Shown: piece by piece, positions 39,716 through 52,928 of the stretch
How positions within the stretch are numbered: position 1 is the stretch's first letter
Layout of the letters: every line of letters begins with the position of its first letter
DNA from: Octopus sinensis
Taxonomy: Eukaryota
Assembly (NCBI RefSeq): GCF_006345805.1
Contig: NC_043007.1
Span: 10,974,001 to 11,038,000 of the forward strand
Reading direction: 5' to 3'
Length of the DNA: 64,000 nucleotides
The notes under the pieces: model-generated
The model's database searches: none
Seen by the model: only the letters and a program-made list of their open reading frames with translations
Told to the model about the DNA's origin: nothing
Position numbers and translations under genes: made by a program

Positions 39716-40275
39716 TTGATGACATTAACTACATCACCACCAATTCACATTTCGCATGTCCATTTTCCCAACATTTTTTTCCTTACATTTTCTATTTAAT
39801 TCTTGTTTTATGTTATATCTCCTGTCAGGACAATTAATTCTATATAATTTAGTTTCCCAAGCTACAACTGGTGAGAAACTATCATGCAAAAGATAAACAT
39901 GCAACAAGCTACAAAACATCTGCTGCATCTCCTGTCGTTGGTTGGGAACCTGATATCCTATTATTTTAAACTGACCTGCATCTGTGCAGCAAGACGCAAA
40001 TTACCCACCACTGAACTCATTTCAAAGGCTGAAACAATGAAGTTGTCTCTAACAGAATGCTGCTTCACAAAATTTAGTTACCTGCTTTAGAAGCCACAGC
40101 TCAAATCCAGCCAAAATCAACATGTGTCTGTTTATAATTCTGGACTTGTTAAAACAAATACCTGTTATGAACTGGGGTAGACATAATCAACTGTACCGTT
40201 CTTGATACAGTTTGTAGTCTTGCACCTATCATTTGTCTTTGGCTTCTTTCAGTCATTGGATTGCAGCCATACTCG

Positions 40276-40420
40276 GAGGCGCAATGGCCCAGTGGTTAGG
40301 GCAGCAGACTCGCGGTCGTAGGATCGCGGTTTCGATTCCCAGACCGGGCGTTGTGAGTGTTTATTGAGCGAAAACACTAAAGCTCCACGAGGCTCCGGCA
40401 GGGATGGTGGTGATCCCTGC
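40276..40420 (+). mobile_element. OR-type tRNA SINE 5' part, truncated by (TA)n
   Basis: Matches 48128-48512; family name is my recollection. Confidence 0.8.
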
Positions 40421-40611
40421 TATATATATATATATATATATATATATTACCACATACATACACACACACACAATGTATATATATATATATATAATATATA
40501 TATATATACATATAACACATATATATATACACCACACATATATATGTGTATATATATATATTATAACATATATACACACATATATATGTGTGTATATATA
40601 TATATATATAA

Positions 40612-40806
40612 AGTTAATCCAAACAGGAAAACACAAAGAAAAAACACAACATGAGGTCGTGGAACAAGTATAGTGTTATTGGACGCTTGAGAAAGGAAAG
40701 AAAGAAGGAGGATTTAACGTTTCGAGCGGAGCTCTTCGTCAGTAACATAGGAAAAGGAAAGATCCAAGGAAAATTGCTAATGATACACACGTGGTCACAT
40801 ATTGAA
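40612..40806 (-). mobile_element. Family-C short HHR element between (TA)n tracts; HHR at 40712-40746
   Basis: CUGACGA-aGAGCuccGCUC-GAA-ACGU-U; stem I mutated relative to the 56675 copy. Confidence 0.75.
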
Positions 40807-40828
40807 TATATATATATATATATATATA

Positions 40829-41518
40829 CCAATTAAGGACTGAACACGAAAAGTGGACAGTCAACATGCTAGATATAGACGTCAAATCACCATTCTCCAC
40901 AAAGATTATGTTCTCAAATAAAATAAAATTCAGCACAAACCAAAGCAATGGTTTTAATTGACTAATATCAATTTCTACCCTTAATTAATTTTAATATAAA
41001 ATATGTTGTTAAACCAATACATTGACTGCTGCTAATTATTAGCTGCTGGCTGGTTTTTCGAGTCTCAGCACGCCAAAAGTAAAGGCATTTGAAAGATACA
41101 TTCAAACTTAATCGGTTGTACTTTATGCATGCGGCACTTCGGTATCGTTTTTTGCATGTAGTCCAGCTTATTATGTTCATAACAGTACTTTCAGAGAACA
41201 GGCTATGCTGACGAAGTTACAGATATCCTTGCGGATATTAATAACTGAAACTGATCGGTACATAGGTGATTATTTCATTTCGTATATTTTCATTTGTCTT
41301 ATTTATTGCTTTGGTTTGTGCTGAATTTTATTTTATTTGAGAACATAATCTTTGTGGAGAATGGCGATTTGATGTCTATATCTAGCATGTTGACTGTCCA
41401 CTTTTCGTGTTCAGTCCTTAATTGGTATATATAAATATTTTAATCTTCGGATTCTTTTTAATATGCTAGTCCACTGGTTTTAATTGACTAATATCAATTT
41501 CTACCCTTAATTAATTTT
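40829..41518 (+). mobile_element. Retrozyme-like family A, copy 2: 526-nt unit, ~42-nt redundancy, 121-nt inverted arm
   Basis: gttttaattgact at 40951 and 41477; 40829-40949 inverts 41305-41425. Confidence 0.9.
41203..41265 (+). ncRNA. Type I hammerhead ribozyme
   Basis: cuaug-CUGACGA-AGUUA..AUAUCCuugcGGAUAU..UAACU-GAA-ACUGAUCGGU-A-cauag. Confidence 0.92.
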
Positions 41519-41654
41519 ATATATATATATACACACAGACATCTGTATCTCAATGCTTCTAAAGCAAATTTTGTTTGTTGACTTTCAACATAAGCTGAAT
41601 TTAACGTATGATAGCGTCTTATAAAGCTAAATTTGCAGAAAAAATTGTCGTTCA

Positions 41655-41727
41655 GACAGTTTAGCTTAATGGTGAAACACTAGGCGCATAATCACAGGGA
41701 TGTGAGTTTGAGTCTCATGGCTGACCA
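41655..41727 (+). pseudogene. Degenerate tRNA-like sequence with CAT in the anticodon loop
   Basis: T-stem GTGAG/CTCAT; acceptor 6 of 7 pairs including two G-U; anticodon stem broken. Confidence 0.5.
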
Positions 41728-42324
41728 CTGAAAGATTTTTCTGCAAAATATGGATAGTTTATCCTGTACATGCTTTATTATTAGCATTATCCTGCGTTTG
41801 GGAATAAAATTATTTACTAATCTGTATCTTTCAGTACATCTCAACGCTTCTAAAGCAAGCTTTGTCAAGTTTCAATGTAAGTTGAATTCAACGTACATAT
41901 ATGTATATATATATATATATAAATTAAATTAGAGATAAAACCACTATTAGGCAAATCAAACAGTGAAAAACATAAACCAAAACATAGAAATAAAATTAAT
42001 TAATATAATATACAAAATATATAAAATATAAAATTCAAAATTTAAATTATTTAAATTTAAAGTTAAAAATTTAAAATTATTAATTTATATTTATAAATTT
42101 TTATATATATATATTTTTATTTTTACTTTTATTTTTTATTTATTTATTTATTCATTTATTTTATTTATTTTCAAATTTTTAAAAATTTTTTATTTTTTAA
42201 GATTTTATTTTATTTTAAAAAATCAAAAAAATTTTTTTAATTTTTAATTTTTTTATTTATTAAATATATACAACTATCAAAAGGTATTAAAAAGTTTAAT
42301 ATAAGATATATATATGTGTGTGTG

Positions 42325-42710
42325 TGTGCTTGAGGAGACCTATTGAGTCAAGTACATCAACACCAGAATAAAAATCAAATGGAAATTGTAGTTGTGTTAC
42401 CTGTGACGGTGGCATGTAAGAAGCACCATTCGAACGTGGCTGATGCCAGCCTCCCCTGGCTTCCGTGCCGGTAGCACGTAAAAAGCACCAACCTATTGTG
42501 ACCACTGCCAGCCTCCCCTGGCACCTGTGCCAGTGGCATGTAAAAAGCACCCACTACACTCACGGAATGGTTGGCGTTAAGAAGGGCATCCAGCTGTAGA
42601 AACACTGCCAGATCAGACTGGAGCCTGGTGCAGCCTCTTGGCTTCCCAGACCCCAGTCAAACTGTCCAACCCGTGCTAGCACAGAAAACGGACATTGAAC
42701 GATGATGATA
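42325..42710 (+). mobile_element. RTE 3' UTR fragment
   Basis: Same family as 1297 and 32645. Confidence 0.8.
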
Positions 42711-43089
42711 TATGCTTTTATGCATTTGTAGTATGTATGCTTTAGTTTCCTTTATATTTTTGGAATGCTTCCCAGAGTATGGAAGCTGGTTTCTAGCAAA
42801 GAAGCAAAAGCCTTGTTGCTGGAATTTAGATTACAAAAGCACTAATTGTTACTTTTTGAACATTAGAAAAATCTTGCGTATTTTTACTGTTCCACTTGTT
42901 GATTGTTTCTGCATGGTGTGCAAATATGATGAACAAAACACTCTGCATTTCGGATGCTAGCAATTTTATGGAGTCATCAGGAATGAATACGTGCCATTTC
43001 AGGCCCTACCTCTTGATGGCATCATTGCGCACTGGTCCCTCTCACTGAAATGAGGCCCCACTTGCTAGATCAACTGGTATATATCTTTG

Positions 43090-43120
<31 letters not shown>

Positions 43121-43589
43121 TGTGTGTGTGTGTGGTGTGTGTGTGTGTGCGCGCATGTGTGTTTGTGTGCGTGCGTGTGTGTGTGCATCTGTGTGTGTGT
43201 GTGTGTGCATGCATGTGTGTGTGCGTGTGTGTGTTTTCCAGCCACTTAGCATTGCTTGGCAACCAGTGTTGGTGTGTTTTTGTCCCTGTGACTTAGCAGT
43301 TCAGCAAAAAAGAACGATAGAATAAATTCTACGCTTAAAAATAAAAATTAAAATCCCAGAGTTGTTCGTTCAACTAAAAACCTTTAAGGCAGTGCTCCAG
43401 CTTGGCTATAGTTAAATGACTGAAACAAATAAAAGAATAAAACAATAGAGACTGGAGAAATTTGATAGCTCGTTATTTGTAAATAATTTATGTAATCAAC
43501 TAATTGGTCGAAGCTAAACTCTTGCTTCATGGCTTCTAAACATTTCTTATGTCAAATTTCATCAATGAGAACATGGCAGATGTTTATAA

Positions 43590-44660
43590 CAGGTCGACTT
43601 TGCCTTTCATCCTTTCAGAGTTGATAAATTAAGTACCAGTTATGCACTGGTGTTGATGTAATCGACTTAATCTGTTTGTCTGTCCTTGTTTGTCCCTTCT
43701 GTGTTTAGCCCCTTGTGGGTAGTAAAGAAATAGGTATTTCACCTGTTTATACATTCTGAGTTCAAATTCCACCGAGGTCGACTTTGCCTTTCATCCTTTC
43801 GGAGTTGATAAATTAAGTACCAGTTACGCACTGGGGTTGATGTAATCGACTTAATCCGTTTGTCTGTCCTTGTTTGTCCCTTCTGTGTTTAGCCCCTTGT
43901 GGGCAATAAAGAAATAAGATGTTTATAACATTATTTTTATGGGAATTCAGTGAGTTCTCCTCTCAATTATTGATTCAGAACATTTGTTTTCAATTGAAAC
44001 ATTAAGTCAAGGGATTCTTGCATTATGTTATATTCTTTTCTACTCTAGGCACAAGGCCCGAAATTTTTGCGGAGAGGGCCAATCGATTAAGTCGACCCCA
44101 GTATGCAACTCCTGCTTAATTTATCAACTCTGAAAGGATGAAAGGCAAAGTCGACCTTGACGGAATTTGAACTCAGAATGTAAAGACAGACGAAATACCT
44201 ATTTCTTTACTACCCACAAGGGGCCAAACACAGAGAGGACAAAAAAGGACAGACAAATGGATTAAGTCGATTATATCGACCCCAGTGCGTAACTGGTACT
44301 TAATTTATTGACCCGAAAGGATGAAAGGCAAAGTCAACCTCGGCAGAATTTGAACACAGACTGTAGCGGCAGACGAAATACGGCTACGCATTTCACCCAG
44401 CGTGAAAATGTTTCTGGCAGCTCGCCGCCTTTGCGACATGCTATATTCTTTTCTACTCTATGCACAAAGCCCGAAATTTTTGGGGAGGTGGGGGCAATCG
44501 AATAGATTGACCTCAGTATGCAACTGGTACTTAATTTATCAACCCCAAAAGGATGAAAGGCAAAGTCAACCTTGGCGGAATTTGAACTCAGAACGGAAAG
44601 ATGGACGAAATACCACTAAGCATTTTGAACGGTGTGCTAATGGTTCTGCAAGAACTCTCC
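43590..44660. mobile_element. Cluster of family-M SINEs: plus dimer 43590-43917; minus copies 44040-44430 and 44445-44660
   Basis: Repeated central box; gtatttc restart junction. Confidence 0.8.
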
Positions 44661-44680
44661 CTTTGCATCATGTTATATTA

Positions 44681-44981
44681 TACTAGCAGTATCGCCCGGC
44701 GTTGCTCGGGCTTGTAAGGGAAATAACTATGTAAGCATTTTTAGAGAGTTACTTCCCTTATATAATAGCAAAAGAATGCATTAAAATGGAAAAAAATTAT
44801 GGTAAATTTTTTTTTAAATCGTAGACTCATCGTAGACGTGCGCTAATACCCAGAAGGGCTCGATATGAATCACGATTATAAGATACCCAGTTTTGGTTAA
44901 ACTGCACCGCAAAATGTGGGAGTAGTTAGGAATCTAAATCGTAGGAGACAGACACACAACTTGACTTTTATATATAGAGAT
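44681..44981 (+). mobile_element. Non-autonomous Helentron-associated (HINE/DINE-like) element
   Basis: TACTAGCAG start with CCCGGCGTTGCTCGGG stem-loop; cagacacacaacttgacttttatatatagagat end. Confidence 0.6.
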
Positions 44982-45335
44982 GTATGTGTGTGTGTATGTG
45001 CTTGTTGATGTGTGTGTGTGTATATATGTGTATCTATCTAATTATCTATCAATCTATCAATCTACCTATCTATCTATCTGCTCGGCCACTTGCATGTTAA
45101 TTTCACAAGCAGGTTGTAACCGTTGATCAGATCAACCGGAACCATCATCATCATAACCAGATGGACTGCCAGAATACATACATTTACACACGCACACACC
45201 CTGAGATATCCTGGATGTCTGTTTTATTTTTTGTGACAGACAATCAAATGTGAAGAATGAAGGAAATAAAAACAGAGGAGAGGGGAAGAGAGAGAGAGAG
45301 AGAAAGAGAGAGAGTGAGTGAGAAACAGAGTGAAG

Positions 45336-45374
<39 letters not shown>

Positions 45375-46286
45375 AATAAAAAGACAGGGAGTCAGTCAGA
45401 GGCAGAGAAAGTGAGAGAAAAATAGATAGATAGATAGATAGATAGATGATAGATAGATAGAGAAGGGGGTACAGATCTCTTTAATCTTTTCAGATTAACC
45501 TTTTCATTTAACCAACTAAGTATGTAAGAAAGTTGTTTTCATAATCCTTTATTAAGCTTATATGTCACAAAATGGGCCAATGTGAGGTAACCTTAAACAT
45601 CGTAAACAAAATTTAGATACACACACACAAATAGGTGCATCCACGACTAGATTCACCCACACATGCACTCATACATATATTCATATATAAGAACATTATG
45701 TACATACATACAAGTATGTATGTATACGTACATCCATCTATCTGTCCATCTATCTATCAATCTATCTATCTGTCTATCTGTCTATCTATATCTATCTATT
45801 TTGTTTCTCTTGTCTTCTTTTTCTTTTTGTTCACTTCCTTCTGTCTGTCTGTCTCCCTTTTATATATATATATATATATACCTACACAAACACACACACA
45901 CGCACACACATATATATTACGACGGGCTTCTTTCAGTTTCCGTCTACCAAATCCATTCACAAGGCTTTGGTTGACCTGAGGCTATAGACATATTTTAAAC
46001 CGCTGTTATGGCAAGAATCATGGCACCCCTTGTGAAAATGGACTAGCCGAACTCATATAAGTAGCAACATGTTTGACAGAGCAAGAGATGAGAAATCACA
46101 GCAAGTCAAAAGGTGTCATTCGTGAGTTTGTGGAGTCGTGGGAAATTGTTGAGAGGTTGTTATAAGTTCATTGAGAGTTGTTTTGGATTGGTTACAGTTG
46201 TTGGCAGAGTATTTGGGAATACATCAAGGGGAAACAGTTGTTATCTACCCCGTTCCATGATACTATATATCACACTGCATTAGTTG

Positions 46287-47762
46287 TGGAGGCACATGGC
46301 CTAGTGGTTAGAGCAGTGGACTCACGGTCGAGGGATCGCAGGTTTGAATCTCAGAGCAGGCGACATGTGTGTTTATCAGTGAAACACCTAAGCTCCATGC
46401 GGCTCCGGCAGAAGGTAATGGCGAACTTCTGCTGACTCTTTCGCCACAACTTTCTCTCACTCTTTCCTCTTGCATCTAGCTGCTCACCTGTGACAGACCG
46501 GCGTCCCGTCCAAGTGGGGAACAACCTATGCGCCAAGAAAACCGGGAAACCAGCCCTTATGAGCCAGACATGGCTCGAGAAGGAGCAAACAAACAAACAA
46601 ACAAGCAACGCTGTATTAGTGCATGACATTAAGGTGACATATACAGAAACTATGGTATAGAAACCACTCAGACAATCTGGACAATAACTTCCACAAGATG
46701 GTAAATTAAGCTGTAAGAATTTTAGTGGTTGCTTCAACTTACCCTTATACTTAGGGAGAAGTCTTCCTTTGCCATGGAATCCCTCTACATACTCTTTTAC
46801 TCTTTTACTTGTTTCAGTCATTTGACTGTGGCCATGCTTGTGCACCGCCTTTTTGTCAAGCAAATCGTCCCCAGGACTTATTCTTTGTAAGCCTAATACT
46901 TATTCTATCGGTCACTTTTGCCGAACCGCTAAGTTACAGGGATGTAAACACACCAGCATCGGTTGTCAAGCGATGTTGGGGGACAAACACAAACACACAA
47001 ACACACACATGCATGCACACACATACATATATACGACGGGCTTCTTTCAGTTTCCGTCTACCAAATCCACTCACAAGGCTTTGGTCGGCCCGAGGCTATA
47101 GTAGAAGACACTTGCTCAAGGTGCCATGCAGTGGGACTGAACCCGGAACCATGTGGTTCGTAAAGAAGCTACTTACCACACAGCCACTCCTGCGCCTACG
47201 TGAAAAGTACTTTTGAAATGCAATCATCTTGCATTCAAGCAACATGTCCTACCCATCCATAACACCAGTATCTGTCACAACTGTGACTTTACTTGCCCTG
47301 ATGGGTATATTGGGCTTTGTATATTTGTGCCCCAGTGTCACTTTTATAGCATGTACTGCTCCTTTCTAATGCCAACCACTTTACACCCTGAACTGGGCCC
47401 TTTATATCATGCCACCAGCAACAGTGAAGTCACAATACAACTTGCAATGCTACAAACCTACAAAATCCTAGTGATTGCTTCATGATGAAAATATATATGT
47501 GCATGTGAGTGTGTGTATGCTTGTATTACCTATTTCTTTATTACCCACAAGGGGCTAAACACAGAGGGGACAAACAAGGACAGACATAGTTATCAAGTCG
47601 ATTACATTGACCCCAGTGCGTAACTGGTACTTAATTTATCAACCCCGAAAGGATGAAAGGCAAAGTCGACCTCGGCAGAATTTGAACTCACAACGTAATG
47701 GCAGACGAAATACCGCTAAGCATTTCGCCCGGCCTGCTAACGTTTCTGCCAGCTCGCCGCCT
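46287..47762. mobile_element. Three SINEs: 46287-46580 plus, 46795-47198 minus, 47530-47762 minus
   Basis: Match families described above. Confidence 0.75.
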
Positions 47763-48127
47763 TTATGCTTGTATTACCATTTAGTGGCACAAGCAGTCAA
47801 CACCATATTGGATGAGATCTCGTGGCAGCCATTGCCATCTCCGAGACTGTATCAAGACCTCACCTGCATCCATTTGTCTTGCACGATATCACAGTGAGGC
47901 TCACGATGGCAAACTGTATATAAGGGCAAAACAGAAACAGATTCATTCTCCCTTTCCGCTTCTGTGCAGCAGTGCTTCCTGAGCACGCTTCACTGGCTGG
48001 GCCTGTCGGCATGTTGTACCTCCAGAGGTAATGTGCCCACACTAATGGAGATACAACACTACACACACAGCTCGAGATGGTTGCTGAGAGCAGTACACTT
48101 CACCTGTTCTGTGAGACTTGTAAATAA

Positions 48128-48512
48128 TGGAAGCACTCCGTCGGTTACGACGACGAGGGTTCCGGTTGATCCGAATCAACGGAACAGCCTGCTCGTGAAA
48201 TTAACGTGTAAGTGACTGAGCACTCCACAGACACGTGTACCCTTAACGTAGTTCTCGGGGATATTCAGCGTGACACAGAGAGTGACAAGGCCGGCCCTTT
48301 GAAATACAGGTACAACAGAAACAGGAAGTAAGAGTGAGAGAAAGTTGTGGTGAAAGAGTACAGCAGGGATCACCACCATCCCCTGCCGGAGCCTCGTGGA
48401 GCTTTAGGTGTTTTCGCTCAATAAACACTCACGACGCCCGGTCTGGGAATCGAAACCGCGATCCTATGACCGCGAGTCCGCTGCCCTAACCACTGGGCCA
48501 TTGCGCCTCCAC
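48128..48512 (-). mobile_element. Full-length OR-type tRNA SINE with 12-bp TSD
   Basis: acttgtaaataa at 48116-48127 and 48513-48524. Confidence 0.9.
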
Positions 48513-48644
48513 ACTTGTAAATAAACCGGTTGTAAATTGCATTTGTGCTTAAAGACTTCTTTCTTCGCCCGCTGGAGCCTGAACTACACGGAGAACAAGA
48601 TATAATGGGAGAAGGTGATATTCTCCTACCTTCCATAAAACAAT

Positions 48645-49502
48645 GGTGACCCTGATGTAGAAAAGGATTTTCGGCAGCTGCAAGCTTTATTGTGTTGATG
48701 CCTCGACCGAATCACAGACTGGTGGTTTTCACTCACTCACAACTGATAAACACATCAATAGCCACAACTCCAGCCGTCCATTCCATGATAGTTGTAGATG
48801 AGTGTCACTGTTATATAAGCAGCATCATTAATTTCCTCTCTTCTGTGAAAACATGTCTTAGTCTGATCATGAGGAATTATATCACCTCACTTGGATTCAG
48901 GTTGAGGGCTGGTAACAGGAAGGGTACCGGGTCATAGAAAATCTGCCTCAAAATATTTTGCCCTATTCATGGAAGCATTGAACAAGCAGTCATTCAAGTG
49001 GTGAGGATGACGATGATGTTGATGACAATGATGATGATGACATTGACAATGACGATGATAATGATGATGACGACGACAATGGTGATGACAAAGGTGATGA
49101 TGACGATAAAGATGACGATGACGACAAATATGATGATGATGTTGACGACAATGATAATGATGGGGTGTGTAAGGAAGAGGGGAGGGAGGAGGATGTTGAG
49201 GTGAAGGATGTGGAGGTGGAGGATGATGAGGAGGATGTGAAGGAAAAAGATATGGGGAGTAGGAGGATGCGGAGGGGAGGAGGAGGAGGAGAAAAAGGAG
49301 GATACATGCTTTTCTAGAGATGATATATGTTTGATTTTAGTATTGTCATTGCTGTAGAATGGTGGTGGTGGTGGTGGTGGTGGTAGTAGTAGTGGGGGGT
49401 GTTGCTGTTGGCAGTATTTTAGCTGATTAGAATGTATTTTTTTTGTCTTTTGTTACTTTTTATTTTCTTGACGAGAGATTCTTTATCTCCACCCACCCCT
49501 CT

Positions 49503-49538
<36 letters not shown>

Positions 49539-50400
49539 ACTTGGGAGCCTGCCTGTATTTTTGCTCACCACTCAAGTAACGGATGCGATGTGATTTGAGC
49601 ATGTGTTGGTATCACTATATTCTAAAATAGCTGCTAAAAAATGCTTTGATGTGAGGGGAAGAGAGTTGAAAAAAGCCAGTGAACAAGCGATAGGTCATGG
49701 ATAATTGCAGCCCATTTTGCTTTGTACGGATCCACATTGTCAAACGGGGTGTGCTAGAGTGGAGGTGGTTGGTTTAATTTTCAAATGCTGAAAACTGAGT
49801 TTACAAAGTACCGTATCATAGGCCCGGGAGGAAATTTTGGCTTTTATTTTTTTGACTGAGATATCATGGCTAGTGGTAGGCCGATAGGTGCAGGTGTAGC
49901 AGTGTGGTCAAGAAAGGCTGCTTCTCAAACACATGGTTTCGGGTTCAGACCCACTTTATGACACCTTGGACAAATGTTCTCTACTATAGCCCTGAGCCAA
50001 CCAGTACTCTGGTTGATGGAAGCCGTGTGGAATTCTGTTGTGTGTGTGTGTGTGTGTGTGTGTGTGAGATCATCATCATCACCACCACCACCACCACCAC
50101 CACCATCATCATCATCATTTAGTGTCCGTTTTCCATGCTGACATGGAGACAGTTTGATTGTGGTGACCCCGATGTAGAAAAGGATTTTCGGCAGCCGCAA
50201 GCTTTATCGTGTCAATGCCTCAACCGAATCACAGACTGGTGGTTTTCACATCAATGGCAATAACTCCAGCCATCCATTCCATGACAGTTGTAGATGAGTG
50301 TCACTGTTATTTAAGCAGTGTTATTAATTTCCTATCTTCTGTGAAAACCTAGTACAGCCAAGAGCTGTACTAGGTTCCAGTCTGATTATGGCTTGTTTTC
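48645..50400 (+). repeat. Two copies of an unclassified repeat: 48645-48950 and 50165-50345
   Basis: gtgaccc(t/c)gatgtagaaaaggattttcggcag start shared. Confidence 0.65.
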
Positions 50401-50601
50401 TACTTCTGGATATCCTAACGCCAAACACTCCAAGAGTGTATATGTACATAAGAATAAGTACACACACACTTATATATATAAATATATATATACATATATA
50501 CACACACATGTATGTATATATATATATACTCATATATACATACATATATACACATGCATAAATAATATATGTGTATATATACACACACACACACAAGTAA
50601 A

Positions 50602-52586
50602 TAGACACCCTTATAATCATTAACATTTATTTAAATCTGATATTATTCATTCAAATTATTTATTACTGTAAATCCTCGAGTATAGTCCACCCATGAGAAT
50701 AATACACAGGGAATTTTTTAGGGGCTGTACCTCTAAAAAACCTAAACCTTGTGTATAATACGCACCCCTTCTCTAACTTGAGTCAAGTAGGTCTTTATAA
50801 CATCCTTGGTTTGTAAAAATGTATATTGTAACATCCTTTATTATTATTGTATCATCATCATCATCGTTTAACGTCTGTGATGATATATAACATAATGTAT
50901 ATATAACATAATGCAAACGTATAGATTTTTTGTGCATTTTGTTTTCAGAAAATAAAGAAATAACAGTGAAAAATAAATATTATGTAAATTGCCTTTACAT
51001 ATTTATAACTATCAGTTACAAAAGCAAAAATATTTATTCAAATCCTTCAAATTCAACGTCACTTTCAGCATCAAATAACTGTTCCATTTGTTCCTCCATA
51101 AACATGTCAGCATCATTGTAGTGTAAATCTCTGTCATCATCAGATGATTCCCTTTCATTTATTTCATCTTTCCATACAACGTCATTCTGAGTACCAATGC
51201 AAACAGCAGGATGAACTATTTAGTGCTAAACTATTAAGCACAATTTGTGTGTAATTAAGCCAGCAGCACCTAGTCGAACAAACACTTCCGCGAATGCGTA
51301 ATACAATAATGGTGATGTTCTTAACTGTTATATGGGAATGTAAATATGTTTGCAAATTGTTTTGCTACAAAATGCGTCTGAATAAACATTTTTAACCTCG
51401 TATATAGTACGTATTAGGGATTTTGACCTTTAAATTTGGGGAAAAAAATGTGAATTATACTCGAGGATTTACGGTAATTGTTATAATGTGAATATTTAAT
51501 ATTTAGTAGGCATGCCCTTTGCATTTTTCAATGCAAGGACCCTGATCAGATAACGAATATTCTCTTGCAGAATTTCTTGCCAAGTTTCATGCAATAATCT
51601 CAAAAGATCTGGCTTTGAAGATGCTTTCTTGTTCTTTTTATGAAGTGTCCTCTCCATTATGTCCCAGAGGTATTCAATAGAGTTCATATCTGGTGACTGG
51701 CTTGGCCATGGAAGCTTTTTAATGCTATTCCCATCTAACAAGTCTTGGGTCATTTTAGCTGTGAGACAAGGAGACCCATCTTCCGTAAATACAGAGTCTT
51801 CTTTAATCATTTCACCACTGGAGAAGATTGGAAGGAGTCCCTTCTGCAATATGGACATATATTTATCTGAGTTTATATTTCCCTCACACTCCACCAGCTC
51901 TGATCAACCATTGCTCAAAATTGCGCTTCAGACCATCACAGAATAGCTACCATGTTTCATTGTTGGCTGCAGTCTTTGCACATCAAATTCTTGATCACAA
52001 AGTCTCCAGATCCACACTCAGCCACTGTCAGAAAATACAGCAAATCTGAATTCATCAGAGAATATGACAATGATAGTAGCCTCTCCACCATCTCTCTGGC
52101 CCAATCTTTTCTCGACTTGATGCTGGCTGATTGAAGAAGTGGCTTCCTTCTTGCTGCTCTGCCATAGTAGCCAAGTTTGTGGAGATACCTGACAGTTGCT
52201 CTGGGATTGACATCAACTTGTTCTGCTATGTCAGAAGCCTTGCAACACGGATTATCCTCCATACTTCTCTTAGCAAATAGAAGGGTCCTGTCACAGGGCC
52301 CTGGTTGATCTGGGCAAGGTGATGTGGACTCCTGCCCCTCTCTGGTGAATTGCGCTATCACTCTTTTAACTGTAGAAAGCTGGATCCCAAGGTTTTCTGC
52401 AATTTAATGCTGATTATGTCCACCTTCAGAATGACACACAATATGGGCAGTTCCAAAGCTTCTTTTGTACATGGCAAGATTAAACAGTCACATATAGAAC
52501 CTGAAACATAAAAACGTCAATTAACAAAAAAAATTAAACTTTTACAAGTTAGAATAAACATGAAACAATATTTCATGGGGTGTCTA
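50602..52586 (-). mobile_element. Tc1 transposon, disrupted transposase at ~51490-52450
   Basis: tagacaccc/gggtgtcta ends; GRAARRKPLL; WPSQSPDMNSIEYLW. Confidence 0.75.
50666..51474 (-). mobile_element. pogo/Tigger-like internally deleted element nested in the Tc1
   Basis: TA|CTGTAAATCCTCGAGTATA ... TATACTCGAGGATTTACGG|TA; acidic tail ESDVEFEGFE. Confidence 0.85.
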
Positions 52587-52697
52587 TTTACCACCACCAC
52601 CACCACCATCACCACCATTATCATCACCATCGGCAGCGTCGCCGCCGCTGCCACCTCCACCACCACCACCACCAAAAACACCACTACCACCACCACC

Positions 52698-52928
52698 TAT
52701 TTCTTTACTACCCACAAGGGGCTAAATACAGAGGGGACGAACAAGGACAGACAAATGGATTAAGTCGATTACATCGACCCCAGTGCGTAACTGGTACTTA
52801 ATTTATCGACCCCGAAAGGATGAAAGGCAAAGTCGACCTCGGCAGAATTTGAACCCAGAACGTAACGGCAGACGAAATACGGCTACACATTTCGCCCGGC
52901 GTGCTAACGTTTCTGCCAGCTCGCCATT
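52698..52928 (-). mobile_element. Family-M SINE
   Basis: Near-consensus copy. Confidence 0.85.

Noticed and set aside
39750-40045. Two minus-strand exon candidates (FEMSSVVGNLRLAAQMQ and VAWETKLYRINCPDRR)
   Set aside because: Splice phases are incompatible and no homology is recognised.
41900-42295. Nearly pure A/T tract as an origin or organellar insert
   Set aside because: No recognisable genes; more likely decayed or poorly called repeat sequence.
46005-46260. Solo LTR starting TGTT
   Set aside because: No matching CA end with TSD and no second copy.
48528-48584. Minus-strand micro-exon FRLQRAKKEVFKHKCNLQP
   Set aside because: Good acceptor but weak donor; too short to support.
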